The notes under the pieces are model-generated. The model was not told the DNA's origin. It saw only the letters and a program-made list of their open reading frames with translations, and ran no database searches. Both the position numbers and the translations under genes were made by a program. 64,000 nt of DNA from Nitrospirota bacterium. GTDB lineage: Bacteria > Nitrospirota > Thermodesulfovibrionia > Thermodesulfovibrionales > Dissulfurispiraceae. The stretch lies in the NCBI GenBank assembly GCA_963784135.1, contig CAWAQG010000005.1, forward strand, positions 46,823 to 110,822. Direction: 5' to 3'. This document shows positions 44,536 to 52,486 of the stretch, in pieces (positions within the stretch are counted from its first letter, which is position 1; each line of letters begins with the position of its first letter).

Positions 44536-44847
44536 GTGACGGCAGATGCGGTTAAAGAAAAAATTGAAGTAAAGTGTCCGCATTGCAATTTGGATGCTGT
44601 ATATAAATATGGCAAAACGTGGCAGGGGAAGCAGCGGTTTCTATGTCTTATATGCGGCAGGCAATTTACCCAGAGTACAGGGAGATTTGAAGTCAAGGAC
44701 AGACCGGATTGTCCGGCGTGCGGCAAGATAATGCATTTATATAAAAGGGACGATAAAATATTGCGATTCAGGTGTTCGGGATATCCGGTTTGCAAGACAT
44801 TCTGGAAAACTTATATGGAGGGAGCTAATGAGCTACTACATTCATAA
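44536..44847 (+). CDS. Double zinc-ribbon protein (IS1 InsA-like CxxC...CxxC + topoisomerase-type C4 finger)
   Basis: CPHCN...CLICGRQF, then CPACG...FRCSGYPVCK. The GTG start is uncertain. Confidence 0.5.
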   Translation: MTADAVKEKIEVKCPHCNLDAVYKYGKTWQGKQRFLCLICGRQFTQSTGRFEVKDRPDCPACGKIMHLYKRDDKILRFRCSGYPVCKTFWKTYMEGANELLHS

Positions 44848-45199
44848 TGTGCCTGGAAGACTCAGAATTAAAAGCCCGGCAATAAAAAAGAACGAAAACG
44901 TGGCTAACGAACTCAAAATGGCATTGAGTACGATGAACGGGATTGCCACAGTCGACATTAACCTTACTACCGGCAGTCTGCTGGTGAACTATAATCCAAA
45001 GATGGCCAGCCATAAGGACATCATAAGCATACTGCAGCGGAAAGGTTATTTCGATACGACAAAGGCAGCTACCAATGAGCAGTATATTCATAGCGCCGCC
45101 ACTAAAGCCGGCCACCTGGTGGGCAAGGCGGTTTTGGGGGCTTTTGTCCAGGAAGCATTGGAAGGTTCGGCCCTGTCGTTATTAGCTGTATTACTGTAG
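44828..45199 (+). CDS. HMA2/CoBaHMA-like 'PGRxR' domain protein with C-terminal hydrophobic/amphipathic tail
   Basis: HNVPGRLRIKSP...NLTTGSLLVNYNP...ILQRKGY; contains no Cys; tail GKAVLGAFVQEALEGSALSLLAVLL; SD GGAGGGAG. Confidence 0.65.
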   Translation: MSYYIHNVPGRLRIKSPAIKKNENVANELKMALSTMNGIATVDINLTTGSLLVNYNPKMASHKDIISILQRKGYFDTTKAATNEQYIHSAATKAGHLVGKAVLGAFVQEALEGSALSLLAVLL

Positions 45200-45247
45200 T
45201 AAATCAGCCGCAGCAGTTCTCCCTGTTGTACCCTTAATGGACACCTT

Positions 45248-46033
45248 TCACTCCAATTCCAGACGCAAAAGGCTGTAGCCGTCCCTGACTTTCCCAAACA
45301 CAAAGGAAGAGAGTCTTTTTCTGTCCTCCGTAAAATGGTACAGCGTATGATTGAAGTGAATACGTGCATCAATCCGGCTTAAACCCAGAAGGTTCCAAAA
45401 ATGAGGGACGAACTGCATATCTGAATGCCAGGCAACAGCATCAATTGTTCCGGGCGTCACAGGCATACGATCTATGTGCGAGTATACAATGCTCAAGGGC
45501 AAAATAGGCACCTTGCTGTCTATCGGCGCTTTGAAAAAAACGCTCTTGAAATCTCTGATGGTGAGTCCGTCATTGGTAGTTCCCTCAGGGAAAACCACAA
45601 CACTGATACCGCTCTCGAGGCGCTCCTTAATGGCCTCCAATACTCTGACCGCAGCTGTTTTGGATTCCCTGTTGACAAAAACAGTCCCTGCAAGCTTTAC
45701 CATCCTGCCCAGGAAAACCCAGGAGGCCACCTCCCTTTTTGAGACGAAGACCGAAGGCATTATTGTGCCTATAATGAGTATATCCAGATAGCTGCAATGA
45801 TTACTAACGATGAAGAAGACATCGTTTTGTTTATATGAGCCGGACGGAGTAACATAAATCCCAAGGATAAAACAGTTGGCCCGCGCCCACCACCGCATAC
45901 TATGAGCACGGAGGTGCATTTTCTTTTCAGGCGCAAGAAAAAAAGCTGCTGTTATCAGAATACCGCAGACAAGGAAGACGGGATTGAGTATAAGAAGCAG
46001 AAATAATCTTAATAATTTTATTACGCCCGGCAT
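45248..46033 (-). CDS. Lysophospholipid/lyso-aminolipid acyltransferase (PlsC family; OlsA-like)
   Basis: NHCSYLD (HX4D) and FPEGTT motifs. It overlaps the upstream GNAT gene by 13 nt. Confidence 0.75.
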   Translation of the reverse strand: MPGVIKLLRLFLLLILNPVFLVCGILITAAFFLAPEKKMHLRAHSMRWWARANCFILGIYVTPSGSYKQNDVFFIVSNHCSYLDILIIGTIMPSVFVSKREVASWVFLGRMVKLAGTVFVNRESKTAAVRVLEAIKERLESGISVVVFPEGTTNDGLTIRDFKSVFFKAPIDSKVPILPLSIVYSHIDRMPVTPGTIDAVAWHSDMQFVPHFWNLLGLSRIDARIHFNHTLYHFTEDRKRLSSFVFGKVRDGYSLLRLELE

Positions 46034-46818
46034 AACGTCTCGTCCGACTCCTGGAAAAACCTCCTTTTATAGCGGCTGATGAGCTTTTCTGTTTCGAGGA
46101 GCAAAAAGAGATCGGTTGTACCGAAGATGTCGTCATAAGCCGGCTCTCCGCAGATAAGCGCTCCGAGCCGCAGATATCCCTTGATAAGCGGCGGAAGCTT
46201 CTCGAATGCGGTTTTCTGGTCCACAATGCGGGCCAGGCGTAACCCGAGCAGCTTTTTCATAGGATACACCGTAAATTCGTCGCCCGCCCGGTGAAACGTG
46301 TTCATATAAGAGTATACCATGCTTACTTCATCAGGATCACTGGTATGCAGGCTGCCGCAGCCGAACAAATGGCGCACACTGTATATTTCCATGTACCGGG
46401 CAATGCCGGCCCAAAGCAGGTTGATGACACCCGCATTCCTGTAATCCTTGTGGACACAGGAACGGCCGAGTTCCAGCTTATCGCCACTGATGGCCCTGAT
46501 GGCGGTCATATCGAATTCGCCCTCCGAATAGTAGCCGATATTGTTTTCCGCGACAAAACTCAGGAGCAGGCGATAAGTGCCGACCACCTTGTTACAACGG
46601 GTATCGACAACAATGAGGTGGTCACAATAGTCATCGTAACTGTCCCTGTCCATGCCGGTGATATAAGATCTGTTGAGTCCCTCATTCAATTCCCTGTTAA
46701 ATACATCAAAACGCAGTTTGAGCGCATTTTCCAGTTCTTCGTAATATTCAGCCAGTTTAACAATAAAGTGACCGTTGCGCATGCTCAGAACCGTGCTTTG
46801 ATTCTTTCCCATTATCAC
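46021..46818 (-). CDS. GNAT-type N-acyl amino acid synthase (OlsB/hemolysin-like)
   Basis: Its size, the N-terminal LRFDVFNRELNEGL block and the pairing with a PlsC-family gene resemble olsB-olsA aminolipid loci. Confidence 0.6.
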   Translation of the reverse strand: MIMGKNQSTVLSMRNGHFIVKLAEYYEELENALKLRFDVFNRELNEGLNRSYITGMDRDSYDDYCDHLIVVDTRCNKVVGTYRLLLSFVAENNIGYYSEGEFDMTAIRAISGDKLELGRSCVHKDYRNAGVINLLWAGIARYMEIYSVRHLFGCGSLHTSDPDEVSMVYSYMNTFHRAGDEFTVYPMKKLLGLRLARIVDQKTAFEKLPPLIKGYLRLGALICGEPAYDDIFGTTDLFLLLETEKLISRYKRRFFQESDETLCRA

Positions 46819-46861
46819 CCCTCCTGCGACACTGCAAATTTGTATACTTTACAGGAAAAAG

Positions 46862-46901
46862 GGTTAAAGCAGTTTTACAGGAATATTAATTTTAAGTTAC
46901 A
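46862..46901 (-). promoter_or_regulatory. Pho-box-like array (minus strand): TGTAACT-taaa-ATTAATA-ttcc-TGTAAAA-ctgc-TTTAACC
   Basis: Four units at exact 11-bp phase, 45-85 bp upstream of the olsB-like start. Confidence 0.5.
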
Positions 46902-46917
46902 GACAGGCAAGGGCAAA

Positions 46918-46970
46918 GGTAGAGGTGGAGGCAAAGGCAGAGTTTTCTTTATCTATACCTCTACCTCTAC
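46918..46970. repeat. Hexamer-repeat hairpin GGTAGAGGTGGAGG ... CCTCTACCTCTAC directly after the metK-like stop
   Basis: The arms are complementary (12/14 plus wobble) and are embedded in ggcaagggcaaagg-type repeats. It is a likely terminator separating metK-like from olsB-like. Confidence 0.55.
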
Positions 46971-46973
46971 TTG

Positions 46974-48161
46974 CTATTTCAGCAGTTGGGCTTTATCAGT
47001 GATTTCCCAGGGCAACCCTATATCCATCCTGCCGACGTGTCCGTAGACAGCGAGCTTCCGATAGAAACCGCCTTTAATGGTAGCAGGCAGGCGCCTCAGG
47101 CTAAATTGTTTTACAATTCCGGCAAGCCTGAAATCGAAATTTTTCTCTACCAGATCGGCAATAATTGTGTCCGGCAGTTTGCCGGTGCCGAACGTCTCTA
47201 CCTGGATGCTCACGGGACGGGAAAGACCTATGGAATAGCTGAGCTGGATTTCGCACTCCTCGGCAAGCCCGGCCGCAACCACATTCTTCGCCGCGTAACG
47301 CGCGGCATACGCGCCGACCCGGTCAATTCTCATGGGGTCCTTGCCGCTGAGTGCTGCACCGCTGTGGCGCGAATACTCCCCATAGGTATCAATGGCATTT
47401 TTTCTGCCGGTAAGCCCTGAATGGATTGACGGGCCGCCGGTTATAAACGGGCCGTCCGGATTAACGAATATTCTCGTATTTTTATCCGGCTTGACAACTT
47501 CATCATGGAAGACATTATCGATAATCGCTTCCCGTATATCGTCTCTCAGCTGTTGCAGCTCAGGGCCGCCGTGCTTATTCTGGCTTGCAATGACCGTTAT
47601 GCTGTGTATCCTGGACGGAATACGGTTTCTGAATTCAACTCCCACCTGTGTTTTCCCGTCCTGGGAAAGATAGGGCAGTATCTTCTGAAGCCTTGCCGAA
47701 GTGAGCCGTCTGGCGAGCTTATGCGCCAGCCATATGGGAAGCGGCATAAATGCGGGGGTCTGATTACAGGCGAAACCAAAAACCGTGACCTGGTTTTTCA
47801 CCGGGATGCTGTCGATTTCACTCTCGGTCAGCTCCCGTTCATCAAAATTGAAGTCCGCATCACGGGGCGATTCTTTGAGGCTTGTCAGGATACTGCATGT
47901 TTTGCCGTTAAACTCATGCTGTTCATAGCCGATCTGGGATATTACCTGGCGCGCTATATAGGGGAAGTCAACCCGTGCCTCAGAGGCAAACCTTGCAGCG
48001 ATGAAGAGAATCGATGTCGAAACAGCGCATTCCGCGATAACACGCGAGTAAGGGTCCTGCTGAAGAAAGTGGTCTACTATGGCATCGCTTATCTGGTCGC
48101 AGAGTTTGTCGGGATGTCCCTCTGTTACCGATTCGGACGTAAACATGAAATCCTTTTTCAT
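46974..48161 (-). CDS. Divergent methionine adenosyltransferase (MetK-like)
   Basis: TSESVTEGHPDKLCDQISDA, GLTGRK, SGKDP..IDR and AYAARY match MetK. The GAGDQG block reads PVKNQV and GGPxGD reads GGPSIH. The start overlaps the ATPase stop. Confidence 0.7.
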   Translation of the reverse strand: MKKDFMFTSESVTEGHPDKLCDQISDAIVDHFLQQDPYSRVIAECAVSTSILFIAARFASEARVDFPYIARQVISQIGYEQHEFNGKTCSILTSLKESPRDADFNFDERELTESEIDSIPVKNQVTVFGFACNQTPAFMPLPIWLAHKLARRLTSARLQKILPYLSQDGKTQVGVEFRNRIPSRIHSITVIASQNKHGGPELQQLRDDIREAIIDNVFHDEVVKPDKNTRIFVNPDGPFITGGPSIHSGLTGRKNAIDTYGEYSRHSGAALSGKDPMRIDRVGAYAARYAAKNVVAAGLAEECEIQLSYSIGLSRPVSIQVETFGTGKLPDTIIADLVEKNFDFRLAGIVKQFSLRRLPATIKGGFYRKLAVYGHVGRMDIGLPWEITDKAQLLK

Positions 48162-51100
48162 ATGGCTTCACCTCGCATAGTTTTCTTGGTGGCTTCATTG
48201 ACAACCAGAGGGAGCAGCGAACTTCCGCCGATTACCAGCGCATCTGTAAGATTTATCGTTGTTGTTCCGAGCAGACCTCTAAGTCCGGGCAATGCTATTG
48301 TCAATGCCTGCAGCGCAAATGAACCTCCGAGGGCCGCATTAAGGTACCTGTTGGAAGGGAGACGCTCTTTGTCAAAGATGCTGAGTTTTTCAGAACGGCA
48401 GCTGATGGCATGCAGAAGCTGACTCGTTGTGAGAGTCATAAAGGCCATTGTCCCTGCCTGTGCTCCGCGGCCGTATCGCGCAAGGCCGTACCCGTAAGCT
48501 CCGAGCGTGGCCGCGCTCATCATTGCCGATTCGAAACCTATCCTTTTAAAGTCGCTGCTCATAATAATAGGATGCTCAGGGTTGCGCGGCGGCTTGCTGA
48601 GGACATCGGGTTCAGGCTGTTCAAGTGCCAATGCCAGTCCCGGGAATATATCGGATATAAGGTTGATCCAAAGCAATTGCATGGCATTGACCGGCTGACC
48701 GAGGCCTCCGGCAATCGCCGTAAACATGACCATAATTTCACTGAGATTGGTCGACAGGAGAAAGTGTACTGATTTCCGGATATTGTTATAAATTGTGCGT
48801 CCGTGGCTTACAGCTATGATCATGGTCTCGAGATTGTCGTCCTCCAGCACAATATCGGCCACCTCGCGGGCGACATCCGTGCCGGTATGTCCCATTGCGA
48901 TGCCTATGTCGGCGGCCTTAAGCGCGGGGCCGTCATTAATGCCGTCGCCGGTCATAGCGACAACTTTCCCGGCGCTCTGAAGAGCTTGCACTATTTGAAG
49001 CTTATGGGCGGGACTTACGCGGGCAAAAACATGGACACGCTCGGCAAGCGCTTTCATGACATCCGGTTCTATATCCGTAAGGTGGGTCGAATCAAGGATC
49101 TCGAGCTGTTCTCCATTGCTCAAATCCAGCTCGTTTCCGATGGCATAGGCTGTAGGGGTCTGGTCTCCGGTTATCATAACTGTTTCTATGCCGGCCTGGT
49201 GGAAGACGCCGATCAGCTCCCTGACTCCCTTTCTGGTGGGGTCTGCCATCCCCACAAGGCCGAGCCAGACGAAACCGCTGCTGATATCGGACCCCGTGCC
49301 GTTGCCGTTTTCAATATGGTGATAAGCGAAGCCGAGGACGCGCAGTGCTTCACCGGCCATTCGCTCATTCTCTGTTTCCATTGCAAGCTTGTCATCATCC
49401 GAGATCAAAATCTTTTCGCCGTCCTTTATATACCAATCGCACATTGCCAGCACTTCCGTAGGACTGCCTTTCAGCGCGACGATCTTGCCCTCCGCGCCGT
49501 AGTCATGGTAGGTAGCCATATAATTGCGGTTTTCAGCGCGGTAGCCTATTTTGAGAAGCGGGTATTTATTTCTGAGCTGCATGATGTCAACCCCTGCGCA
49601 AATAGCCATATGCATAAGGGCATTCTCGGTGGGCGAGCCGCGCAGCACATATTTACCCTCTCCGTTATCATTGTAAGAGCTTCCCCCGGCCGGTTCACCC
49701 GCATGCTCTTTTACAATGATTTCAGATTCATTGCAGAGCACAGCTATATGGATGAGCCTGAGGAACTCGTCCATTGCATAAGGGTTAACCGTCTCCCTGC
49801 CTGCCATAAATTTTCCGTCCGCAACTTTTATCCTCTTCATCCCCGAATGCACAGCAACAACCGTCATCCTGTTCAGAGTTATGGTGCCGGTCTTGTCCAT
49901 GCATATGGTCTGCACCGAGCCGAGCGTCTCGACCGCATTGAGATGGCGTATGAGGACTTTATGCCTCCTCATATTCCTGATTCCCAGAGCGAGGGTCGTA
50001 GTTGCAACGGTCGGCAGCCCCTCGGGCACAGCGGCTACAGCAAGAGAGATCGAGCTTTTGAGCATCTGCAGGAAACCATATCCCCTGAGCAGACCTATGA
50101 CGAAAACAATACCACAGACTGCTCCGCTGATAAGAACAAGCTGTGTGCCCATTTTTTTAAGCTGGCGCTCCATAGGAGTATCGGGCGACTCCGCCGCTCC
50201 CACGAGTTCCTGTATCTTCCCTATCTCCGTGAATTTCCCGGTAGCTACAACTACAGCAAAGCCCTGTCCCCCTGTCACCAGGGTGCCCATATAGGCCATA
50301 TTGACCCTGTCGGCAAGCGGAATATTGTGGCCTGCTATGCTTGCCGTATTCTTTATGACCGGCATGCTCTCGCCGGTAAGGGCGGATTCATCAACGCTCA
50401 GGTGGGCTGTTTCAATCATTCTGCTGTCGGCAGCGATATAGCTGCCGGGCCTTAGTACCAGGATGTCCCCGATTACCACATCCTCGGCAGGGACCTCTTT
50501 ATAAATACTATCTCTTATGACAAGCGCGGAGGGCCTGACAAGGCTTTTGAGCGAATGAATGGTTTTCTCCGCCTGGCTCTCGGTTACATAGCCTATAACA
50601 GCATTGATGCCGACTACTCCTGCAATAACCACTGCATCAGCTATTCCCCCGGTCAGTACCGAAAGACCGGCAGCAACACCGAGCAAAGCATTAGGTATAG
50701 AGTTGAACTGTTCGAGCAGGATGCTCAGTCCGGAACGCGGGACCGATTCAGGCAGGAGATTGGGACCGAATTTCTTTAGCCTGGCTTGTGCGCTTTCACT
50801 TGAAAGTCCCGCAAGTGCCGCGGAATCCAGCCGCTCAAGGATTGCCGATAGTTCGGCGGTATGCCATGCCTCAACCGTCTGGTCCTCGGCGTGGCTGACA
50901 AGTCTTCTTACTTTCCCCCTGCTTTTTATCTCTTTAGCCGGAGCAGAAGACAGCCCGGACTCAGGCCCGGGGCCTGATGGAGGAGCAGTATCTTCCGTCT
51001 GCCTGAAGCTCTCGCCTTTATATTCGAGGACGATATTTTGAATAATCAGGGCAACAGCTTGGGAGGTATTGACGGAATTGAAATAGACGAGAATGCTTCC

Positions 51101-51247
51101 GGTCAATGTGTTTACAGAGACAAGATTAATCCCTTCTCTGCCTGAAAGACCCGATTCAAGATGCTCTCTCAGTGGTTCCGAACGATAAAGTCCGGGCACC
51201 TTGTATCGGGCCCTTCCGGGGATGGCCGCGTGTACTGTCTGTACCAC
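48158..51247 (-). CDS. P2-type (SERCA/PMCA-like) cation-translocating P-type ATPase with N-terminal HMA2/CoBaHMA-like domain
   Basis: DKTGTIT; TM4 VPEGLP; TGDGINDGPALKAADIGIAMG; TM5/6 NLSEIM and WINLISD; N-terminal AAIPGRARYKVP...NTLTGSILVYFNS. Confidence 0.85.
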   Translation of the reverse strand: MVQTVHAAIPGRARYKVPGLYRSEPLREHLESGLSGREGINLVSVNTLTGSILVYFNSVNTSQAVALIIQNIVLEYKGESFRQTEDTAPPSGPGPESGLSSAPAKEIKSRGKVRRLVSHAEDQTVEAWHTAELSAILERLDSAALAGLSSESAQARLKKFGPNLLPESVPRSGLSILLEQFNSIPNALLGVAAGLSVLTGGIADAVVIAGVVGINAVIGYVTESQAEKTIHSLKSLVRPSALVIRDSIYKEVPAEDVVIGDILVLRPGSYIAADSRMIETAHLSVDESALTGESMPVIKNTASIAGHNIPLADRVNMAYMGTLVTGGQGFAVVVATGKFTEIGKIQELVGAAESPDTPMERQLKKMGTQLVLISGAVCGIVFVIGLLRGYGFLQMLKSSISLAVAAVPEGLPTVATTTLALGIRNMRRHKVLIRHLNAVETLGSVQTICMDKTGTITLNRMTVVAVHSGMKRIKVADGKFMAGRETVNPYAMDEFLRLIHIAVLCNESEIIVKEHAGEPAGGSSYNDNGEGKYVLRGSPTENALMHMAICAGVDIMQLRNKYPLLKIGYRAENRNYMATYHDYGAEGKIVALKGSPTEVLAMCDWYIKDGEKILISDDDKLAMETENERMAGEALRVLGFAYHHIENGNGTGSDISSGFVWLGLVGMADPTRKGVRELIGVFHQAGIETVMITGDQTPTAYAIGNELDLSNGEQLEILDSTHLTDIEPDVMKALAERVHVFARVSPAHKLQIVQALQSAGKVVAMTGDGINDGPALKAADIGIAMGHTGTDVAREVADIVLEDDNLETMIIAVSHGRTIYNNIRKSVHFLLSTNLSEIMVMFTAIAGGLGQPVNAMQLLWINLISDIFPGLALALEQPEPDVLSKPPRNPEHPIIMSSDFKRIGFESAMMSAATLGAYGYGLARYGRGAQAGTMAFMTLTTSQLLHAISCRSEKLSIFDKERLPSNRYLNAALGGSFALQALTIALPGLRGLLGTTTINLTDALVIGGSSLLPLVVNEATKKTMRGEAI

Positions 51248-51253
51248 GTACCG

Positions 51254-51919
51254 CTATGCTTCCCTTTTTGTTCTGTGCCTGGTCGAAATCTCAGGTGCAG
51301 AATGAGTCGCCTCCGGCGCTGACGAACGCGGCAGTGCGGAGCCGGCAACTTCCTTCACTCCGGCAACGACGCCGACGAGCATGTCCTTCACAGCGCGCAC
51401 AGCAGTATTGCCGATAGCTCCCGCTGCCTCTATTGCGCCTCCGACAGCAACTGTGGCAGCTTCTTCCACATTACCGCCGACTTCTTTTGTGGCTTCAATT
51501 ACACCGTCCACAGCCCTTCTCGCTACGAGTGCCACATCAGCGCCGACTTCGGCAGCACCCTTGACCGCACCTTTGACAGTCTGCCCCGTAACACTCAGTA
51601 CATCGCCTCCTACATCGCTGACCCCCATTATAATGCCTTTTGCAACACTTTTAGTGCTCAGAATCAGGCCGGTACCAACCTCTTCCGTGGCCTGAATTGC
51701 ACCCTTTACTACATCTTTTGTTACGACCACACCCTCGCTGGTTACAGATGCCGTCGCCTTCAGCGCATTAGAAACAATGTTTCTCACTAAACTCACTATT
51801 TCAGCCTCGATTTCGTTGATTCCTTTCAGACTGCTTACAATGCCCTCTTTCACCTTTGTTCCAGCTGCTCCAATGTTGGCAGCCCTGCCCGGATTGGTCT
51901 TAGCCTCGCCCTTAGTCAT
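51254..51919 (-). CDS. Ala/Val/Gly-rich protein built of about eight tandem 22-residue repeats
   Basis: Repeats align as VVKGAIQATEEVGTGLILSTKS / VAKGIIMGVSDVGGDVLSVTGQ / TVKGAVKGAAEVGADVALVARR / AVDGVIEATKEVGGNVEEAATV / AVGGAIEAAGAIGNTAVRAVKD. Confidence 0.6.
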   Translation of the reverse strand: MTKGEAKTNPGRAANIGAAGTKVKEGIVSSLKGINEIEAEIVSLVRNIVSNALKATASVTSEGVVVTKDVVKGAIQATEEVGTGLILSTKSVAKGIIMGVSDVGGDVLSVTGQTVKGAVKGAAEVGADVALVARRAVDGVIEATKEVGGNVEEAATVAVGGAIEAAGAIGNTAVRAVKDMLVGVVAGVKEVAGSALPRSSAPEATHSAPEISTRHRTKREA

Positions 51920-51997
51920 AATAGCAACCCCCTTTTAGATTGTTATTAATTGTGTTTTTTTGATGTGCCATGCGACGGTTTGACTACACGGCTGCCG

Positions 51998-52486
51998 CTA
52001 CTTGTTCTCCTCACCAGTGGCATGAGGCACTGATTTCAGAAATATATTCAATGAATACCAAAAAGCTGTATACCATGCGGGGGCCGCAAAGTTCCCCCTG
52101 CTGATTTCGTATATACCGAACCCCAGCAGCGTCAGGAAAGCAACTCCGGGGACATCCAGTTCGTTGCCGGTAAGTCTTTTTACTCCCTTATCAAAATCTT
52201 TGAAGGTTTTTACTACATTTCGGGACAGAGCAGGCGTCCCGTTATCTAATTTAATGAGCCTGAAGAGTGAGTTCTCCTCGGCAAAAACAGAAATTGCCTT
52301 TAAATCAGCAGCATGAATGAACACAACACTGCCGGTAAGGGCATTTGCTTCTACTTCCCTTACTCCCTCAAGATGAGTAAAATGGTCTTTCAGATTAGAG
52401 AAATAAGCGGCATTTCCTTTTCTGGAGGGCACTTTTACCCTCGATCTTCCAGGTGTAGAGTGGCATACAATCGCTTCCGGTATCAT
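51998..52486 (-). CDS. HMA2/CoBaHMA-like 'PGRxR' domain protein with C-terminal TM hairpin
   Basis: HSTPGRSRVKVP...NALTGSVVFIH; C-terminal VAFLTLLGFGIYEI...AWYTAFWYSLNIFL. Confidence 0.65.
   Translation of the reverse strand: MIPEAIVCHSTPGRSRVKVPSRKGNAAYFSNLKDHFTHLEGVREVEANALTGSVVFIHAADLKAISVFAEENSLFRLIKLDNGTPALSRNVVKTFKDFDKGVKRLTGNELDVPGVAFLTLLGFGIYEISRGNFAAPAWYTAFWYSLNIFLKSVPHATGEENK

Noticed and set aside
46974-48161. A SAM riboswitch controlling the metK-like gene.
   Set aside because: The gene start overlaps the ATPase stop codon, so there is no leader in which a riboswitch could reside.
46291-48422. Long plus-strand ORFs (251 aa and 305 aa) across the olsB-like and metK-like region.
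   Set aside because: They are antisense to genes with clear family motifs and have low-complexity composition.
48803-50455. A 550-aa ORF on the plus strand, the longest unassigned ORF in the track.
   Set aside because: It lies entirely antisense to the P-type ATPase, whose DKTGT/PEGLP/TGDGIND motifs make the minus-strand reading certain. The plus-strand product is R/H/G-rich with no motif, which is typical of a shadow ORF.
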